The notes under the pieces were generated by a model that worked only from the letters and a program-made list of their open reading frames with translations, was not told where the DNA came from and made no database searches. A program made the position numbers and the translations under genes. A stretch of DNA of 64,000 bases, taken from assembly GCA_046563655.1 (NCBI GenBank), contig CM102286.1:13702001-13766000 (forward strand), given 5' to 3'. How positions within the stretch are numbered: the first letter of the stretch is position 1; the number at the start of each line of letters is the position of its first letter. The stretch comes from Yuukianura sp. NJ FZ-2021. Taxonomy: Eukaryota. This document shows positions 1-13,830 of the stretch, in pieces.

Positions 1-422
1 CTAACTTGAACAAAACAAGTTAAAGCCAGGAGAAGGAAATTTCAAAATGCATTTTCGGTTTTGAGTTTTTGAAAAACCGCTCTGTAGATGAAACGACGTG
101 GAACGTACAGTATTTCGGAAAGTACTGGTGAACCACAGCGACTACTGACTGACTCCTCATTTTGAATAAATAGAGCCTGCTGTGCCTACTTATTGGAAAG
201 TAAGGCATTTGTCTTCTCCACCTGCCTTTCCCTTGACGCTTTCTCCAAAAACAGTCAATTTAACGTAAGCGGGAAGTTCAGAGCACGGTGACGGTGTTTC
301 TGCACCGTGGTGGAAAATGTTCAGTCTAAAAGATCGTAAATCTAGGGGGCTGTGTCAGGTTTAGACACTAAAGAAAACATAGTGTCAAAGTTGTAGAAGA
401 CGAATAGACTACTAATTCATAT

Positions 423-463
423 ATCATCATCATCACCTTCATCATCATCATCATCATCATCAC
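423..463. repeat. (CAT)n microsatellite, imperfect
   Basis: atcatcatcatcaccttcatcatcatcatcatcatcatcac seen directly. Confidence 0.9.
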
Positions 464-3400
464 TACCAGCTTTAAACCGTAATCTAGGACGTTAATTCAG
501 TGTCATGCATTTACTCCAGGATAAACTCCTCAAGAAAAACAATGCTTAAGTTCCTCACAGTTTAAGTTTTCCCACAAATGTTGATTTTAGAACTCCTCAA
601 ACCCTGCAACTTTCACCTCAGCTGGAAACTCCCTTCAAAAGCACTAAACCAACCGAATTACTAACCTTTTAGTGTCTAACATCCTACAGTATCAAAAAAA
701 CGAAATTTCTGAAACTTAGTCAACACACATGCGTAGATGTGTTTTCAATCAATTATTGACATGCGAATAAAAAATTGAGGAATTTTTGCGAATGGTCGTT
801 ATTGTGGACAGACAGACAGACAAACTGACAATGTAGAGTGAAGTAGCTTTTTGTTGTGTATAAAAGCAGAAGTTGAGAAATTTGAGTTATACTTGTGTTT
901 AAAAATACCGTGGAGCGGAAATTGGCTCCCCGGATCGGAGCTTATGATAATTTTTTTTTCTGAAGTTGTTCAATTTTTTTCTAAAATTATTTGAACAAAC
1001 TCGCACGAAGTGAGTGCTGGAAAAATAAGAAAAGTGGAGTTCAAGGGCTGTTTTTGAAGGGATTTAGATTTGGAAAAGGAAAACAGAAAAGTGGAGCTTC
1101 CTTCCAAAAACTCCAAATTCTAAATTCCAGACCGTGCCAAACGAAGTATCCAGGAGATGACGAAACGTTCATGTGCCTTTTCAAAATGTGCTTTCATCCC
1201 TTCTCCAGCGGCATTCTGAATTTCCAATCACACCAAATTTCCTAATGATAAATTGAAAAGTCGCACGCACGTTCAGATCACAAAACGTGACGATGAGTGA
1301 CACTTTCAGGAAGGCTTGGGTGCATTTACACAGTCGTTCAAATCTGCATAAGTGCATCTATGTTTTTAAAAAATTCTGTAAAAATTATGGTTTCGCACTT
1401 TTCAAAAAAATTTGAAGCATAATATGAAAGTACGGACGAAAAAAAGGCAACCCTCTAATAACTTTCTTTTAAAAAAATCTGTTTATGAAAAATAGAGAAA
1501 ATTTGTTCAATATTTTGACCTGAGTTGAATTTCTTTTTTTAAAGGAATTGAAAATGTCAAAAATTGTGCCGTTTGTGGATCAGTTTTTCAGTTTTTTTTT
1601 CTTTTTGTGAAGACATGGAACATTTATTAAAAATCAGACTTGAAAAAAGTCCAATTTTAAAAAGAGCGGGAATTTTTTTTTGAGGAGGCGGAGTTTCGTC
1701 AATAGTAAAAAGATGGGTATCACTGCTCATAGGCGGTTTCGAATTTGTGAGATCTAGTGAACGAGGTTTTTTTTTCTTCAAAGTAATAATATATTTTGAA
1801 ATCTCAAAGGAAAAGGAAGGGCACAGAGTTTTTTTCCGCTTTTTTGAAAATGGAACTCACCTTGGTTCCATTGGCCTCCTGCGTACTGTGGGCCTTTATG
1901 TGTACTGTCTGAAATTGGATCCTTGGTTTTGTGCCGTTCCTTTCGAATCTTTGCCACAGACACATCGAACACAAAGGGCTTTACATTATTTACAAAGTGG
2001 AGAAAGTAGTTGAAAAGAAATGGGACTCTCTGGATAAACAGACATTGGGCAGAGACTGTACGCAACTGGAGACAATCAAGGAAGGAACAAAGGCATAGTC
2101 AAATGGAATCCAACCAAACAATATGGTTTCCTCTTCATTTCAAACAGAGCCAACCATTTTGAATCCAAGCGCCAAACATTTTGAATCCAGAGACAACATG
2201 CCCCCTTGTCCTGATTGTGATTGCTCAATCGCCCCTCCGAGACTACTTTCACCTGAACATTATTTCGAAAGAGGCAGGAAATCCATGTCGTTCGTCTCTC
2301 CTTTTTTCCTTTCAACCTAATGTTAACCTAACGTTGCTCCTAGCCTAATGTTAACCTAACCTCGTTCTAGAAAGTTAGCCTAACCTTTGCCATGGAAGTG
2401 TAAAGCCTCGAAAAGAAAGTGCGTAGAGAAAGTAAAGCACACGTTTACCTAATGTTGTAAGAATAGAAACTCAACATAGGTTTTTTCCCGCCATTTTCAA
2501 AAAAGAGAAGAGAAGGTGTGAAATATGGCACGAGTGTATTTTGTGCTTTGAGGAAGTTGAAAAAGCTTGAGAAATTTGGATCGAAGGGGATTTTGATTTT
2601 GTTCAAAAGAGAAAGTGTAAAATTTAAGACCGAAGCCGTTTCCTTTGTAGCTTTGAGCTCGGAGCTCTGCTGTGCTCCAACAGTCCTTTCTTCATCTTAT
2701 TTTGCATGGAACTATGGTTCAAGGTTTACTTTAGGTTTTTTACATTAGGTTTTTGTTAAGGTTAGGTTATGGTGAGCGTGAAGGAAAAAAGAGAAAGGTG
2801 TAAGGTTTGTGAGCTCTAGCATGATAGGGAAAGAGCACAATGGAGCGCGGAAGACATACTAAAGTTAAGGAAAGATGAGATTTGGATTGTGGATGAACAG
2901 TGCGGAGATACGAAATGAGATCGAAAGTCTGTCTTGAATTTTCTTTTGGCAAAAATTTACATGTGTCGTAAGCCATATTACGTTTTCGGAATAGCCAAAA
3001 TTTCCAACAAAAATTCATCAAATTTTGGGCCTGAATTATTTTTTTAAATAAGTTTAGTTTACCTTTCTTCTTCAGAAAAATCAACTCTTGTTCATATAAT
3101 TCCCAAACCATTTAAAACTTAATTTTATTTAATTGCAGTAATTAACTAGCTTTAATTTTGCTCTTAATTAACTTTTCCGAAGGTTGTTGTTGTTACTCAA
3201 AAGTCAATACGTTAGCGTCAACACGAAACAAAGCTTAACCGTGCGGCTTTCCACCTTGATGCAACAGATCTAACTCTTCGTCAACAATTTGACTATAATT
3301 GTCGATTTTCTGGAAATCGATTTTTAGATTACTCGATTGCTCAATTTTCAAAACTTAAAAAAAAAACGCTACACGATAAACCTACAACAAAGAAATTTAC

Positions 3401-3637
3401 ACCTAACGCTTTAACGTTGTGAGTAACCGCGTTTTAATCAAAATGTTGCATAATAAAGATGCTAAAAAATCGATTTTTTCAGATTTCCATCCAATTTTAT
3501 ACTTTTTACTGAATCCGCCTAAGCTATATATAGTTGGCTTGGGTTTGATTAGAGTTGGTAGGATGGTTAATCGGCTTGGTGAGTCAGTGAAGCGACTTAT
3601 GGAGGATTTGGAAAAGCTTAAATCCGATTGACTTTAC

Positions 3638-4217
3638 CTGTAACGTCCAACGGAAGAATCGTGTTGGAAGTGATGAGAGGCGTGACTGGTGAAATTGGAA
3701 CGAAGAGAAGGCAGAGACTGGTAGAGATTATGCATGAAACGAAATCACTTAGTTTCACTGAGCTAATTTGACACTTGACACGAAGACGTCTTTTCCAGGG
3801 GTAGCTCATTCTGGACGTAAAGCTCCTAATGCAAGTCAGTAGATACAAAACTAATCTGATTACTTTCTCCAACTCCAAATGGACTCCTAGCTGAACAGCA
3901 TCATTGTTCTTCCTGTGCTCAACTGTGAGTCTACCTGGTTCAATTTCAGTTGCTAAGCAACGGCATCTCTCCTCCAAATCTTGCTGCTCTTTTCTAGTTT
4001 CAGACTCTGACAACAGTGTCTCGGAGCTACAAGGTGACAGGAACCTGCGTGTCGCTGTGTTGCTAAGCTCTTCTGAAGTTTTGTTAGAGTAAGTTAGACT
4101 AGTGCACCTAATCATGTCACCTTGGTTTCCACTACAATATGTTAGGCGTCTGCTTAGACTTCGGTTGTACGGGGTACATGTATGGTGAAAGTCGACTTTC
4201 TCTGATAAGTTCGTCAT
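3638..4217 (-). CDS. Probable first coding exon of an unidentified (possibly secreted/membrane) gene that continues beyond the window start
   Basis: ATG-initiated open frame (ATG 4217, internal ATG ~3810). It ends in a hydrophobic stretch (CIISTSLCLLFVPISPV) followed by a phase-1 donor ACAG|gtaaag at 3638. An Inr-like TCAGTT lies on the minus strand near 6181-6186. No recognisable domain. Confidence 0.35.
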
Positions 4218-5004
4218 TGTGCTTTTTATGGCGGGAAAGTGTGAATTTCAATATTCGGATTGTGTCACACCTCCACTTTTTTGCACAAGACCTTCCTTCT
4301 CCTTGTTATTCTTCTCCTGACTTTCTCCTTCAATCAATTTTATGGACCGAAAATCCAGAATCCGTGTTCCTACAAGACGTACAACGCAAGGACATGGGTC
4401 ACTGCCACTTCCACTTTCACTCCAAATCACTATATCGATTTCTTTAGAGTTCAAACTAACCTAACAAAGTGTAGGCTAGACTAATATTAGTAGTCTAACC
4501 AACGGAGATTGACATTTGACCTCAATTGGTTATCAACTTTTTGCAGTATTTTGGAAATTGACCTCAATTACTCTCGCTAGGTTTTCACCTGGTTCAGCGT
4601 TTTAGTCGTTTTCTGTCCAATTTGCTTACGCCCAACTTTCACTTTCCAGTTCACAAATTTTTGCTTGGGAAGAGAAAGCAGATAATTTGGAGAAAATATA
4701 AATTCGTTTTTTCTATTTCTAAGTTTTTTCTATTCAATACTAGCTCAACTTTTGCAAAAAGTTGAAAATTTGAACAAACAATTTTTCGTTAAAATTTTTG
4801 CGAAAAGAGAAAACTATGGTGTTTTGTTCAAAGTTTTTGTTATAGTTTCTGTTTGTAACTTTTTTGAAGCAACTTTTCTATTCTTTTTTAGAAAATTGGA
4901 GAAAGTTGAAGGATTTTGATTAAGTTGAAAACAGAAGAAATTTGTGCCAAAAACGCCAAATTTTTGATGAGCAGATAAGCTGTCCTGTGTGTATTGGATT
5001 CGGG

Positions 5005-5360
5005 TTGAAGTTTTCAGTGTTCTTTTTCGACGCTGAAGTTTTCAGTGTTTTCACGACGTCAGAGTTTTCAGTGTTTTTTTCTGCAACCGCTAAGCGTTCA
5101 GTGTTATTTTGTCCAAGCTCTAAGTTTTCAGTGTTATTTTCACAAGCACTGCTGTTTTCGATGGTTTTTTCCGTTGCTATTAAGTTTTCAGTGGTACTTT
5201 CACCGAGATTAAAGTCTTCGGTGTTTTTTGCACAAATTTTCGGTGTTACTTTCACCAGCGTTCAATTTGTCTGTTTTCAAGGTTGTAGTTTTTGGTGTTG
5301 TTTTCACGGAGCGTCAAGTTTTCGGTGTTACTTTCACCATAGTGTATTACTTTCACCGAA
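5005..5360. repeat. Degenerate ~30-bp tandem repeat (AAGTTTTCAGTGTT... units)
   Basis: Recurring aagttttcagtg / ttttcggtgttactttcacc units. These produce the repetitive spurious ORFs 4920..5255 and 4942..5370. Confidence 0.8.
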
Positions 5361-8300
5361 GCAGAAATAAATTCATCCTCAAGTGTGTTCCTTGGTGTAG
5401 TGTGTTTCTCAAAAGTGTTTTGTTCGTAAAACCAGACAAGAACCTTGCTTTCTTCTTGAGTCCAGACAGCCCAGACTATATTTTAGTTTCCCTAAAGAAT
5501 TCCTGGAACACAGATGCTTTCTCCCGCCATTATGTTTTTAGCACTTTCACACTTTTCATAATAAATTATTTATCAGAGACATATTTCTTCTTAGGTTAGG
5601 TTTCATTCTCTCCTAAAAATACTTTAGGCAGACTGCATGGAGCTTCTGGAAGGTTTTTGTCTGTGTAAATCGATCCTACAAAACACAAACTGTTTTCATG
5701 TTTTCATTTCGAAAAATGTAAGTTTTCTCATGAAAATTTTTCCGTGTTAGTATAACACAGAAACTAATATTTTGTGAAGACTGAGACAGTGATGGATCCT
5801 TTCTTTTCCATTCAATTAGTATCAGTTTAAGAATGTTGCTGAGGAGGTCTTAGCACTTTCACCGATGACACGCTAGGATCAACACTTATAAAAATTTTCA
5901 GAACACGAGAGATTAAACACGGATTTTGGCGCCAACAATTGAGTTCTTCAGAAGTTGTTCAAAAAGTAAACCACTTTTACTAGAAACTCTTAAGAACACT
6001 AATTCTTTCCTGTTTTTTTACTTTCACTTTTTCAGTTTCTTTCGAAATTTCACCTTGAAAGTGTTGTACTTTTTACAGTTGGGTTAGCTTTTACATTTTT
6101 GAAAAAAATGTTTGAAGAGTTTTCAAAATTTCTTTCCCAAGAGTTGAGTTGGCTTCAAGCTGTGTTTAGGAAGACTAACGAACTGAAAGTGTGTGATATT
6201 TTGGGGAGAAAGGCCGGTTTTGGTGTGTGTGAGGCTTGTGATGGTTCCTGTGTGCTTCTCATAACATTGTGAAAACTTCCCTTGCGCTGTTCAACCAAAC
6301 TGTTCCTAGCCTAACATAACCGCCTTTGCTGTTCCTAGCGTAACGGTTAGGTTTAGAGAGTGAAAGTCCAAGGACTTTCACTATTGGAAAATCTTTCCAG
6401 TGGAGCCTAACGGAAAGGGCAGCGGAGGGCTCACACTGGAGTGTATATGTTCTGCCTTGGTCAAAATCCATACAATTTTTACCTTTACATGTGTCCTACT
6501 ATTAGCTCAAAAGTTGCAAACCTAAATATCACAAGTCACCAACTTTCTCTCGCAAAAGCCACTAACATAAGCTATAGCATATGCTAGCGAGTAGGCTGTT
6601 AGTCCTTTCGACGCTAACGCTCAACTTTCCCCAAAATGTGCCAATTTTCAAACACTCTTCACTCTATTTCTCTCGCTCGCTACTCAATATCACTCCCTCC
6701 AACTAATAATTTCCACTCAAAACGCAAACCTAACATGTCATGTACAGTGTGGCCCAAAAAAATGGGAAGGAAGCAAAAATATTAATTTCAAAATATTTCA
6801 ATTTCAAAAATAATAATTTCAAGCTTTTAGAAATTTTCTAGCTTGTGGTTTTTGTTCAAGGTAAAAAAAAATTCTGAATTAAAACTTTCTCTGCTGCTGT
6901 TTTTTTTTTAATTTATCTGTAAAGCAGAGAGAAATTTAGAATATGCAAATGTATTTTTCTAAAAAGTGAAAGTGTGAAGGGAGTTTGTGGAAACTTTTTT
7001 TTTTACTTGGAATGTAGCAAATCTTGTTTTGGACAAATTTATGTTAATGTTATACTGTGCTAATTTTTATGTGCTGTGACCTTTGCCTTTAGAAATTTTA
7101 AACCGAATGAAATTTTTAAGCCGTTTGACCTTTGCGGTGACCTGTTCTCTTGGGGGCAACATTTTCGAAAGCAGTGAAACTTCTTTTCATGAAACTTTTT
7201 TTTTGAAAACTGTGTATTTTGTGTAGTAAATATTTGAGTCTATTTAGAGAGCACTTAAATTGTTCCAGAAGGAGAGAGGAAGATTAATGGGATTCCTAAG
7301 GGAAGAGAAATGGAGGCCACAGGAGTATATTTCAAATGTCAGGACTAGCAGAATCACAAGCGGGAGAAGTAAAGGTTCAAATCATTATATTTGGGGTGAA
7401 AGGTGAAGAATCAATGCTGGGAGAAGCGGGAATTTTCGGGGAGTTGAATTCGATCAGCATTAAGAGGGCGTTTCCTTTATTTGGAGAACATTTTCTGTCA
7501 CTATTTATACTGTTGTCAATGTCTTTCCTTATGAATTAAATATGGACTCAACACGAGTACACCTACATAGTCCAGCCACAGCCCTACTTCAACCAAAATC
7601 AATGACGTTTTAGGTCCCATTATCCTTGTGCACACACGTTGCTTCACAAAATCAGAAATTATCCTTTCTCAGATTCAAATTATGTGAACCAAGTGTAATT
7701 ATTTTGTCTTCTAAAGTTAGAATGTCAACAAAAAATTATTGACATTTGATATTCCACTGTTGTTCCGTTTTGTATCTAAATTCAAAAAAAGGAAATGTAA
7801 AAAGTGAAAGTTCTCCAATTCTCAATAATTTTAGGCAATGTGAGTTGAATTAAAGTTATTGTAGAAAGTAGTGGACTTTTTCTGAATACTTTTTTGAACA
7901 CTTTTTTTTTGAAAAAAATAAGTTTTCTTAAAAGAGTTAAGCAGTTGATTGAATTTAAATTAGATACTTTCTAAAGTAAGGCGCATATTTACTTTTTGAG
8001 ACTCTTCAAAAAGTGGACCGCGTTTCCTGCGCTGGTGAAAGTCACTTTTTCTTTACCTCTTCAGCCCAAGAGTACAACGTTACTCAAAATTTTGGAAAAG
8101 CTATTTTTTTTTTCAAAAATTAAGAAAAAAATGTTACACACGACTTTGCCCAAAGTCTCAAAGATTAGAAAAAATGGAGAAAGCATGTTAGTGAAACCTT
8201 GAACAACACTGTACATTTAAGGGTCCGCAAAACACAATAGAACTTTTGAAAAAAGCGCGCCTATCCGTCCAATAAACAAACTGAAGTGGAAAGTGAATGG

Positions 8301-9996
8301 ATTTGTGAAAAATTGGATTAAAAATGCACAAGTCTGTGTCGCTGCTGCTGCGGAAACCTCAACATCAACCGTCATCGTCAACCTTCCCTTCCCGCCTTGT
8401 CAAACTCAGTTTCTGTTTAATAATGAAAATATGGAGGAGAGGCAGAAATGGATTTTGAGTTTGGCGGGTGAATACAAAAGTAAAATTTGAAAATTCTACA
8501 GCTACTGTTTGCTCTGTTCCTCCATTCTTCCATTCATCCGCCATAAGTCCAAGCAGCAGCGGTTGTTTTGGTTCGGTTGACCCCAGTTGAATAGAAAGTT
8601 ATAAACTGTGAAGATGAAAATGTAGGGCTGCTGGGATTGAAAGGGCGCCCCCTCCCTCGTCAGCACTCAAACATTGATGTGTATTTGCCACTTAACGTCA
8701 TTTCAATTGACTCAGCGTACTTTTTCCCGCCATTTTTTTTCGTTTTTTGTGTCTTTCAGTAGAGGAGAAATGTAGAAATTTCGACCGATATTGAAAAGTA
8801 GTGTAGAAAAAGGTTTTGTTTGACTAATGTTCGGAAATGGAACGCTTGCGAATGTTGGTCGTCAGCAAAAAAGACAAGAGGATCTCCAACTTCCTTGCTA
8901 TTGAATTTAATTAACATTTTAAATTTGAAAAGCCCGCTTTTTTCAAGTTTTAAATTCTAGCCAAAACCGAACCAGATCGAAAGTCAACAAACCTGAAACT
9001 GCAGGAACTCGAAGTTTTACTCCAAATTTCGAGCTGTACTAAAAATGTTCACAATTCTTCAACTTTCTGAAACATTTTGCCAAAAACTTTTTTTAAGAGA
9101 ATAGCAATTCAATTGGATTAATTTTGTCAAAAAGTTATTATTGTGTATTAATTTTTGGTTCTGTTAATTTTTGGTTAAAGGCATGGGTTTAAAGCTAGTT
9201 TTTTTTAAAAAAGACCTTGTTAAAATCTCTAGGAAAACTGAAACTAAAAAAAGAAACTTGAAAATGTTTTGTTCTAAAAATAAGCTTACACATTTTTGAA
9301 AACTTTCTTTTGGTGAAGCAGAGTCTAATTATTTTTGGAAGGCGGAAATTATGAACTTGTAAACGACACGATCAACTACTTTGTGCAAGAGACGCATGCG
9401 ACACTGACATTTTTGATTCAACTAACAAGTCGATTAATCTTAACGTCGAAGGGAAAAGGAACAGTCAGCAGGGTTCCGTTCTCCAACCGTCTGTTCGATG
9501 AATAGATCAAAAGCTTCCACTTTCTAAAAAAAGTTTTTCAAAAAAGTATCTCACATTTTTTCATTTTTCCCAGAAAAAATGACAACCAGGAATTCTGAGT
9601 CTGGAAAGACCAAAACCTAACCTAAAAAGTTGACTAGCCTAACTAACCTAAATGTCCGCCATGGTCTCTGTGTGTCTTCAAAAAGAATCTGTTCAAACAA
9701 AGTGCCAAATGATGAGGGAACATTAGAGTCACACGGGGACACATAGACTATGTGACATAGTCTAACAAAAGAGACTTTTGACATGACACCATGCACTTGG
9801 TTACTATCTGTCCCACTTTTTAGACATTTTCCCAAACTATAGTCGTTTTGGACATTTCCCTAAACTATAGTCTTTTTTAGACACTTTTCTACTATCCGAT
9901 TTTAGCCAGTTCTGTTTTCTTCTAATGGCCAACCTCATTCTCAGCTAATCATCAACGCCTTTGTCCATTAACCCACTTTTAAAAACAAAGAAATTT

Positions 9997-10034
9997 GAGG
10001 TCATTGACCTCCGCTATGCTAGGTCATTGACCTC
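9997..10034. promoter_or_regulatory. Two perfect IR1 nuclear-receptor palindromes (AGGTCATTGACCT), EcR/USP-type response elements
   Basis: AGGTCA-T-TGACCT at 9998-10010 and 10021-10033. Confidence 0.6.
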
Positions 10035-10878
10035 AAAAGTGCGATGTAGTTTTGAAATTTGTTGTTTTCTGGATTCTTCCCGCTCAAAATGTTGGTGTCT
10101 GTCATGCGACGCGGAAAAATGATCGTTTTAGGACGGAGAAAGCACAAAGTGTTTGAGTGGAATCCTGACGCTGAGAAATTTTTTTGCACTTAACCTTGTT
10201 CTTTTGAAATATGATGCCACTGGGGCTTAAGTGTTTGTTTTAGGGTTAATTTTAATTGAAAATTTAAAAAATTAAGACTTTGTGACATTGTTGTAACATT
10301 TTGTTGAATGTAAATGAAATGTCAAAGACTTTCGTTTTCAGACAGACTTCAAAGCTACGCGTCTTCGTCTGGAGGCGTGTTTGCCAAAACAAACTCAAGA
10401 ACGCCCAGCATGGTGCAAAACGAATTAAACTGAAAGCGAAAAGGCTTGAGTTCCTTCGGTATCAAATAGAAACAGCGCGGATTTTAAATTTCAGTTAGAA
10501 TTCCTGTAGATCTTGACTTTCAAGAGTTGCGAAATTTTGAAAAAAAAAAGTTTTGCAATAGCTTAGTACTAGTAAATCAATTTTATTTTGTCAATAAATT
10601 AAAGTTTAATATTTTAAAATTTTAAAAGAAGACAGTTCATGTGTACAAAGTGTTGCAAAAAAAGTTTTTTTCTCGAAATTTGAAATACTTTGTGGAAAAA
10701 GTATGATTTTAAATTCTAAATTTTAAGGAAAAAAGGAGTTTGAAGATCCATTTTTGGTTAGTTCTGCGACGGCGTTGGAGAAAGTTGCTGAACATCAAAA
10801 GAGAAGACGTCCAGATTTGCATTGTGGTTATGAGAAACAATAAATTAGGAAATTTGCACAAAACGGCTAGAAAGTTGG

Positions 10879-13750
10879 TCAGTTATTAGCGATTTTAGAG
10901 GGAAGGTTGAAGCAGACAACGGGAGACTTTCCATCGTTGAGCCCATACTGTACTTGCACATTTACCTACAAACAGACAAAAGGCGGACATTTACAATTTA
11001 GAACAAAACTTTGTTCTTTACACTTCTAACAAAAGTTGGCCCATTAGTTTTTAGCTTACTCAACCTAACAATCATAACCTAACATTTAAATTCTACCATT
11101 CAAAACTAGAACAAACTCTTCCCTAAATCAAATCTTTTGTTTTATCATTCTATAAACTTATAGTCCGTTCCACAAAATTGTGGCCCAGGCACGATTTCTG
11201 CCAAATTTAAATTTTTATGAAAAATACTTAAATATACAATTCAAAATGTTTAAAATTTAATACAATTAGGTTAACTTTTTAATTTTGTTAAAGTTATACC
11301 TAGCTTGTTCAAATTAGGTTATGTGAGTTAGGGGGAGGGGGAGGGAGAAGGTGGGGGTTTGAGGCCGCATTTGAATGAAATCGACTATAAATTAAGGTTT
11401 TACTCACCGCAGGGTAGCTTTTGAGAATTGGAAAGCTGTTTTTGTACGTGTAATGTTCTCCAGTTTGCAGTGGACATCCAGCTTTGCTATCTTTTTTTCG
11501 TCGAACGTCTTTGCAAGCATTGCTGCCGTGGATTTCACGAAAAGGAACGCGGATTATCCCAATCCCTCCGAAAACAGCAGTAGTCAACTCCTTGTAGTTC
11601 TTGTCTATTGTTTGAACAAAGAAAAAAAAATAGTAAAGTGATCACCACCACCACACCAGTGTCTTTTGTCCCGCCAAAATTCAAATTTGAATTTCAAAAG
11701 AGCCCATTGTTCCCCCGCCAAAAGCCCAGCTTTTGTTGAATATTGCAAATTCCAGTGGAGAAATTACAGGATCCAATAATCCACAAATTACTTTCTCCTT
11801 TTGAAAAGAGTCACAAAATCAGAGATAGGGCTTTGTGGGCAGTAAATTGAGCAAGAATTAATTCCATAATTCTTTAGTTAGTTCAATTACAGAGTAATTA
11901 CGCCCGTAATTACCTTCGAACAAGATTCAACTTCAAAACTAAAATTATACTAATCATAAAATGTGGTTCGTACCTGGAACAAAATCAATTTCGATCGTAT
12001 AATTGTCTCCTTTTCTCAATTTACACGGCGTAGACGAACAGTCACTCACACGAACATCTTCAATTTTGGCAGTTCCGTAGGATCCATCCTTGGCTCCAAA
12101 TATTTCTAAAAGAAAAGTGGAAATTAGACAAAGAACATTAATCATCACACGCCTGGGTTTCTAGCAACTCTAGTCTTTTTTTCCGTAAAAACTACTGTGT
12201 GAAACGGGCAGTCAGCGATTCAGCGATGATGATTGCGTGTCAACCTCATAAGTTTTCGTGTGCTTTCACACGGACGGAACCGCAGGCAAGCTGTCTCAAA
12301 AGGTTTGAATCTTCCGGCGTGGTGAGCACTTCGTATACTTAACGTTAACATTGACAAGAACTTTGTTAAGGGTGTGATGGGAATGTGCAGAAATGGATTC
12401 GGGCTGAACAGAAGTCGAATTTCCACAAATGTACAGTGAGAGTTTAGAAATTTTGAAGAAGGAAAAGTCAAATAAAAGTTTCCCGACAATTTCAAAATTC
12501 TTCTTTTAAAGTAATTCTGAAGGTGTTGCTGTGGTTAGCTGCCTTGATTTGAATTTTTTTTAATTTGAATTTGTAAAATTTTTGTTTCTTTGCAGTAAAA
12601 ATTTTCCTGTTTTGCTTTTTGAGGTCAATTTTGTTTAGTAGTTTATGATTTGGGTAAAAATTGAATAAGAAAGTTGAAAAGTGAAAGTAACTCTAGGTTT
12701 TTGAAGAGCAGCTCTGTATAAAATTAGATCAAAGCAATGTCAAAGGCATTTCACACCTTTCTCTCTGGATTTTGGCAAACAAGGAAATGGAGAAAGTGAA
12801 AAGAGAGACGGATGGGAGACTGCCAAAATAAATAGAGCAGAAGGAAGGCAAAAGCGGAAGGGAAAGCAACCATCTGTCAACTGCGTTCAAATAGCACATC
12901 GTTAGAATGTACTACAGTACATATTCCATATTTTGTAAAAACAGTTTTTGAAAACCCGAATTTTGAAAATCTAAAAATCAAATTTGAAACTGGAGCTCAA
13001 TCCTCCATATTCTAAAACCGAACATTTTAAATCTTTTTGACTCAAATTTGTTTTAAAAAGAAAGTTCAGCCATTTGTCAAAGTTCTCAAAGAAGCGACAA
13101 CGATAAAAGACAACGATACAGAGAAACAAATTTAAATTTTTCAAAATTTCAAAAAAATTATTTTCGAAATTGTTTTTTTTTGTCGTTGACAGAGTATGTA
13201 GTGTTATACCTTGGTAGATTTATATTTTGTAGGGCTAAAGTAATAGCTCTGTGGTAGCTGCTAATGACTGCGTTGAGTCTAATTAAACCAATTTATGCCA
13301 CAATTTGCTGGACAATAAAATTCATCCAACACTTTACGCTCCTCATGCCTTAGCCTAACGTTAACCTAATATCAACCTAACCAAATCGCAAAACCTAACA
13401 TAATAATACACAAATTAATTTTCAAATTAGGCTAACTGTTAAGTTAGGCTAACCTGAACTCATAAATTACCAAAAATCCGACCAGTTTTTCCCAAATTTA
13501 GAACTTGTGGCTTCATCTACTCCAAAATTCTCTCAATTCTGTGCGTATAAACTAATAAACGGAGATCCATTATGTTCACCTGTTCTAAAATTTGGAAAAC
13601 CTGTTCTAAAATTTAGAACAAGTGAACATGTATTGTTAATTACTGTACTAAATTGAAACAATTAACAATACACTTACCTCTGCACTTGTCTACATGGACT
13701 GCAGAGCCAAGGGATATGCAGCAGAGGAGGAACAGAGCGTATTGGAGCAT
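10879..13750 (-). CDS. Npc2: NPC2 / ML-domain (MD-2-related) sterol-binding secreted protein, 4 exons
   Basis: Exons 13750-13678 (MLQYALFLLCCISLGSAVHVDKCR, signal peptide), 12105-11974 (…DVRVSDCSSTPCKLRKGDNYTIEIDFVP), 11604-11408 (…NACKD…GCPLQTGEHYTYKNSFPILKSYPA) and 10965-10879 (VNVQVQYGLNDGKSPVVCFNLPSKIANN*). All introns are GT-AG with consistent phase, and the Cys pattern is typical of ML domains. The paralog identity is unknown. Confidence 0.92.
13572..13630. repeat. Short inverted repeat with internal direct duplication (MITE-like remnant) in NPC2 intron 1
   Basis: atgttcacctgttctaaa…tttagaacaagtgaacat arms; cctgttctaaaattt is duplicated internally. Confidence 0.55.
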
Positions 13751-13823
13751 GGTGAACAACAATGGAACTGGACTGGCTTACTTTTGATTGCCAAATAATG
13801 TTAGCATTGTGTCCACCTACCTT

Positions 13824-13830
13824 ATTTATA
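13824..13830 (-). promoter_or_regulatory. TATA box of NPC2 gene
   Basis: GTATAAATAAGG on the minus strand ~75 nt upstream of the ATG. Confidence 0.55.

Noticed and set aside
3265..3279. CAGATCTAACTCTTC resembles the mature miR-750 sequence as I recall it
   Set aside because: No complementary arm nearby to form a pre-miRNA hairpin, the ends diverge, and no miR-1175 partner was seen
4920..5370. Repetitive ORFs on both strands (TEN repeats / FSV repeats)
   Set aside because: Products of a 30-bp tandem repeat; no evidence of coding function
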